Part shown: positions 63,771-64,000 of the stretch, piece by piece | Layout: each line of letters begins with the position of its first letter | How positions within the stretch are numbered: the stretch's first letter is position 1 | Assembly (NCBI GenBank): GCA_964016885.1 | Contig: OZ024761.1 | Span: 11,408,001 to 11,472,000 of the forward strand | Direction of reading: 5' to 3' | Length of the DNA: 64,000 nucleotides | DNA from: Eledone cirrhosa | Lineage: Eukaryota | Position numbers and translations under genes: made by a program | The notes under the pieces: model-generated | Seen by the model: the letters and a program-made list of their open reading frames with translations, nothing else | Told to the model about the DNA's origin: nothing | Database searches by the model: none

Positions 63771-64000
63771 TGTCACTGGTGTCAAGCTGTATCAGCCATT
63801 ACCTTTCCCTTGGACAACATCAGTGGCATGGAGAGGAGAGACTGGTATGTATGGTTGACTGCCGGTCTTCCACAAACCTTGCCTCGACTTGTGCCTCGGA
63901 AGGGAACTTTCTAGGTGAAAATCCCATGGTCATTCATTACCAAAGAGGGTTTTAATCCTTTGCCTTAACCATCATCAGCATTGACTTATCCTTAAAAGTA

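Noticed and set aside
60425-63785. Long Y/I/H/M/C-rich ORFs
   Set aside because: Translations of TA/TG microsatellites and the 20-bp satellite. The same applies at 14579, 36571, 52918 and similar positions.

Overview
AT-rich, microsatellite- and repeat-dense animal genomic DNA. The SINE and repeat landscape suggests a cephalopod such as Octopus, but this is inference only. Three spliced host genes can be reconstructed on the + strand. (1) An E78/NR1E-type nuclear receptor with 7 exons at 638-14388; its 5' exon lies outside the window. (2) A complete 3-exon TMEM101 homolog at 35217-39448, about 248 aa. (3) The first coding exon of an OTUD3-like deubiquitinase ending at 58572, preceded by an in-frame polyQ/Ser/Thr tract. 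Mobile DNA includes an intact two-ORF Tx1-clade LINE (26796-32445) sitting inside a 72-bp satellite, a 5'-truncated R4/Dong-type REL-endonuclease retroelement in an (ATT)n run, RTE and CR1 fragments, tRNA-derived SINEs, and hAT, mariner and Helitron-like non-autonomous elements. Two patterns stand out. (a) Several families of short, often palindromic elements embedded in (TA)n carry type I hammerhead-ribozyme motifs (Penelope-like or retrozyme-like). (b) TTAA-flanked piggyBac-like MITE ends have been amplified into three different satellites (44, 72 and 48 bp), including a 7-kb array that splits the nuclear receptor's two zinc-finger exons. Most ORFs in the supplied track are microsatellite artefacts.
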